32,000 nucleotides of DNA from Cylindrospermopsis raciborskii Cr2010 (lineage in GTDB: Bacteria; Cyanobacteriota; Cyanobacteriia; Cyanobacteriales; Nostocaceae): the NCBI RefSeq assembly GCF_003367075.2, contig NZ_CP065936.1, positions 1,560,001 to 1,592,000 of the forward strand, given 5' to 3'. The notes below the pieces were generated by a model that made no database searches, was not told where the DNA came from, and worked only from the letters and a program-made list of their open reading frames with translations. The translations under genes and the position numbers were made by a program. Position 1 is the first letter of the stretch. Every line of letters starts with the position of its first letter. Of this stretch, positions 28,802-32,000 are shown in pieces.

Positions 28802-31540
28802 ATGGAAATAATTCTTTGTCACACAACTGCTGATTTTGACGCTTTAGGGGCGGCGGTGGGATTAGCTTGTCTTAAACCAGGTAGTAAAATAGTATTGACT
28901 GGAGGAGCCCATCCACCAGTAAGAGACTTTCTCTCCCTATATCGAGATGAGTATCCCCTAATTGAAAAACGTTCTGTCAACTCTGAGCATATTCGCTTCT
29001 TAAGCATAGTAGATACCCAACAGCGCAATCGTTTAGGTAAAGTCCAAGCATGGTTAGACCTAGCCAATCTAGTAGAAGTTACAGTTTACGATCATCATAT
29101 CAATCAAGAGAGTGACATTATTGCCACTAGGTTATATATTAGTGAAGTAGGTGCAACAACCACCCTAATAGTAGAAGAGTTAATTAAAGAGAATATAATT
29201 ATTAATGCTGCTCAAGCTACAGTGATGGCTTTAGGCATTCATGTAGATACAGGTTCCCTAACCTATGGTCAGTCTACAGCGAGAGATGCAGTAGCATTAG
29301 CTTGGTTAATGGAGAGGGGAGCAAATCTAGGAGTAATTGCCACCTATAGAGATCCTGGGTTATCACCAGAAATTCAAAGATTATTAGGTGAATGTTTACA
29401 AAGACTAGAATATTTGTGTTGGAGGGGGTACACCATTGCTTGGATGACCCTGAAAACAGATAATTTTGTTCCTGGGCTATCAGGTTTAGCAGCGCAACTG
29501 ATGCAGTTAACAGAAATTGATGCCTTACTTTTAGCCCATGAATATACATATAACGATGCCGAATTAAGATTAACAGTAATTGGTAGAACCCAAATTCCCC
29601 ATACTAACCTAAATATATTATTTACCCCATTTGATGGTGGTGGGCATTCTCAAGCAGCATCCTTAAATGTTAAAAACACCAGTTCAGCCATAGTTTTAGA
29701 AAACCTATTAGCTGGACTAAAACTGCAAATTCCCCAACCACCCATAGCCAGAGATTTAATGTCTTCTCCTGTGAGAACTATCAGACCAGAAACCACAATT
29801 GCTCAAGCTCAAAGAATATTATTACGTTATGGACATTCTGGGTTATCTGTGGTCAATAACCAAGACAAGTTAGTAGGTATTATTTCCCGAAGAGACCTAG
29901 ATATTGCCCTACATCATGGTTTTGGTCATGCACCGGTTAAAGGGTATATGACCACGGATTTAAAAACCATTACACCCCACACCGAATTACCACAAATCGA
30001 GTCCTTAATGGTAACTTATAACATTGGCAGATTGCCAGTTTTAGAAAATGGTAATTTAGTGGGTATTGTCACCAGAACTGACCTTCTCAGACAACTGCAC
30101 CAACTGGAAATTAAAAATTTGCCATTAGCACCACAGAGTAATGGTCAGGAATTAGATTCAATTAAGTTAAACCTGGAATTAGAACATCGACTTGCTCCCC
30201 AATTTTGGCAATTATTAACTAGAGCATCCCAAGCAGCGCAAGCAAGAGGTTGGCATTTGTATTTAGTTGGTGGGGCGGTTAGGGATTTGCTATTAGAGAA
30301 TGATCCAAGCAACCAATTAATGCTCCATGATATTGACCTAGTAGTAGATGGTTTTCATCAAAGTGCAGATGTGGGAGCTGGAGTAGAATTAGCCAGGGAG
30401 CTACAGCAAATTTATCAAAATAGCCGTTTAGAAATTCATGGAGCATTTCAAACTGCGGCGTTATTGTGGCATAAAGATCCGGAATTAGATTGTTTATGGG
30501 TAGATATTGCCACAGCTAGAACAGAATTTTATCCTTATCCTGCAGCAAATCCAGAAGTAGAAGCCAGTTCCATTCGGCAAGATTTATATAGAAGAGACTT
30601 TACAATTAATGCCATGGCACTAAGATTAACATCTCCCCACTGTGGTGAATTACTAGATTTTTTTGGTGGATTAATAGATTTAAGATCCCGAAAAATTAGA
30701 GTTTTGCACCCCAATAGTTTTATTGAAGATCCCACCCGAATTTATCGAGGAGTGCGGTTTGCCATCAGGTTTGGTTTTGCCATTGAACAGCGAACTGCTG
30801 AGTACATCCATTATGCCATTAATAGTGGTGTTTATGATAGAACAGTGCAAGAAAATATCAAAACACCAGCTTTGCATACTCGATTGAAAGCTGAATTAAA
30901 ACTGATTTTACAAGCACCCTATTGGCAATCGGCTTTAAAATTATTAGATCAGTTAGGAGCTTTACAATGTATTCATTATACCTGTAATTTAAATTATGGC
31001 ATCTTGCGAGAATTGGTTTTATTGGAAAAACTATTGAAAATTCAAGACAGATTTTGGCAACCAGCTCAACAATTACCACCTACTTGGTTAATACGGTTAG
31101 AGATATTAATTAGCAGCTTAGAACCAGAGTATGGAAGTAAGGTGGCAGAAAACTTACAATTATCAGACAGCAGTGTAAATAGACTCAAGAAGCTGGGAGC
31201 AGCACAGGTAGAAATAAATAGAGAGTTGCCAAATTGTGAATTAGCCAGTGCAATATTTAACCTACTACAAAAATATGACTCCGGAACTTTAATGTTGATA
31301 GCTGTAAAAAGTTCCCGAGAGATTAGAAGAAAAATCTGGTATTATTGGAGGGATTTAGTGCATGTTCAACCTTTATTAAAGGGAGATGACTTAAAAAAAA
31401 TGGGTTACAAACCAGGTCCAATTTTCAAGCATATTTTAGATCATTTATTGATTGCTACTCTGGATGGTAAAATTAAGACTAAGACCCAAGCAATGGAATT
31501 TTTAGCTCAAGCTATAAACTCAGACGAATCCAGTTTTTAA
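28802..31540 (+). CDS. CCA tRNA nucleotidyltransferase-family protein with N-terminal DHH domain and CBS pair
   Basis: 912 aa; DFDALGAAVG and VYDHHINQ (DHH), paired CBS repeats (MSSPVRTIRPETT.../MTTDLKTITPHT...), LVGGAVRDLLL...HDIDLVVDG nucleotidyltransferase head. Confidence 0.9.
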   Translation: MEIILCHTTADFDALGAAVGLACLKPGSKIVLTGGAHPPVRDFLSLYRDEYPLIEKRSVNSEHIRFLSIVDTQQRNRLGKVQAWLDLANLVEVTVYDHHINQESDIIATRLYISEVGATTTLIVEELIKENIIINAAQATVMALGIHVDTGSLTYGQSTARDAVALAWLMERGANLGVIATYRDPGLSPEIQRLLGECLQRLEYLCWRGYTIAWMTLKTDNFVPGLSGLAAQLMQLTEIDALLLAHEYTYNDAELRLTVIGRTQIPHTNLNILFTPFDGGGHSQAASLNVKNTSSAIVLENLLAGLKLQIPQPPIARDLMSSPVRTIRPETTIAQAQRILLRYGHSGLSVVNNQDKLVGIISRRDLDIALHHGFGHAPVKGYMTTDLKTITPHTELPQIESLMVTYNIGRLPVLENGNLVGIVTRTDLLRQLHQLEIKNLPLAPQSNGQELDSIKLNLELEHRLAPQFWQLLTRASQAAQARGWHLYLVGGAVRDLLLENDPSNQLMLHDIDLVVDGFHQSADVGAGVELARELQQIYQNSRLEIHGAFQTAALLWHKDPELDCLWVDIATARTEFYPYPAANPEVEASSIRQDLYRRDFTINAMALRLTSPHCGELLDFFGGLIDLRSRKIRVLHPNSFIEDPTRIYRGVRFAIRFGFAIEQRTAEYIHYAINSGVYDRTVQENIKTPALHTRLKAELKLILQAPYWQSALKLLDQLGALQCIHYTCNLNYGILRELVLLEKLLKIQDRFWQPAQQLPPTWLIRLEILISSLEPEYGSKVAENLQLSDSSVNRLKKLGAAQVEINRELPNCELASAIFNLLQKYDSGTLMLIAVKSSREIRRKIWYYWRDLVHVQPLLKGDDLKKMGYKPGPIFKHILDHLLIATLDGKIKTKTQAMEFLAQAINSDESSF

Positions 31541-31566
31541 AAACTAGATTTACTACACTATGACCT

Positions 31567-32000
31567 ATGACAGAATTGAGTGGCATAATTTTGGCGGGTG
31601 GTAAAAGTTCTAGAATGGGCAAAGACAAAGCTCTAATTCCCATTGGGGGAGTCCCTTTGTTAGAAAAGGTCTATCATGTGGCTAAAAGTTGTACTAACAA
31701 GATATATGTGGTCACACCCTGGGTGGAAAGATATGAAGATCTATATTTACCAGGATGTGAATTTATTCAAGAGGACCCAAACCATACCCAAGGTCCCCTA
31801 GTAGGTTTTGCTAGGGGAATGGAAAAAACAGTCACAGAATGGGTTTTGTTATTAGCTTGTGATTTACCAAATTTGCAAATTCCAGTTTTCCAAGATTGGG
31901 TACAGGAATTGGACAATACACAACCCCAAAATATTGCCTGGTTAGCGAAAAACGATTATGGTTGGGAACCTCTTTGCGGTTTCTATCGCACTAGTTGTTT
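31567..32000 (+). CDS. mobA: Molybdenum cofactor guanylyltransferase (partial, runs off window)
   Basis: Manual translation MTELSGIILAGGKSSRMGKDKALIPIGGVPLLEKVY...LLACDLPNL...; open at the window end, so absent from the ORF track. Confidence 0.88.
   Translation, partial: MTELSGIILAGGKSSRMGKDKALIPIGGVPLLEKVYHVAKSCTNKIYVVTPWVERYEDLYLPGCEFIQEDPNHTQGPLVGFARGMEKTVTEWVLLLACDLPNLQIPVFQDWVQELDNTQPQNIAWLAKNDYGWEPLCGFYRTSC

Overview
The window looks cyanobacterial, probably from a filamentous heterocyst-former. This is inferred from psbZ, HIP1 GCGATCGC octamers, a complete hyp gene set and an ARTO-type oxidase. From left to right it holds: a phosphoribulokinase-family paralog; a minus-strand hydrogenase-maturation cluster hypF-[AAA/PD-(D/E)XK gene]-hypC-hypD-hypE-hypA-hypB; a 3.4 kb non-coding tandem array at ~9070-12442; a five-gene oxidase operon (two DUF2231-like membrane proteins, then coxB, coxA, coxC); holB and tmk; tRNA-Arg(CCG); trmFO; an NAD-dependent epimerase; a J-domain/pentapeptide protein; gcvP; proA; a small membrane protein; tRNA-Gly(GCC); ribH; psbZ; a DHH-CBS-CCA nucleotidyltransferase fusion; and the start of mobA. 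The most unusual feature is the array. It has 16 long units (the last truncated) spaced 186-195 bp or 269-274 bp apart, plus 5 short derivative modules. Every unit starts from an AAATGCGATCGC-like (HIP1) block. All 15 full units carry a perfectly spaced minus-strand sigma70-like promoter, TTGAC(T/C)-N17-TATATT with a TG extension, pointing toward hypF. Secondary points are the ATPase/nuclease-like gene inside the hyp cluster, an oxidase subunit II that has lost its CuA ligands, a Prk paralog without the P-loop cysteine, and a ~220 bp MITE-like inverted-repeat element at 19310-19528.
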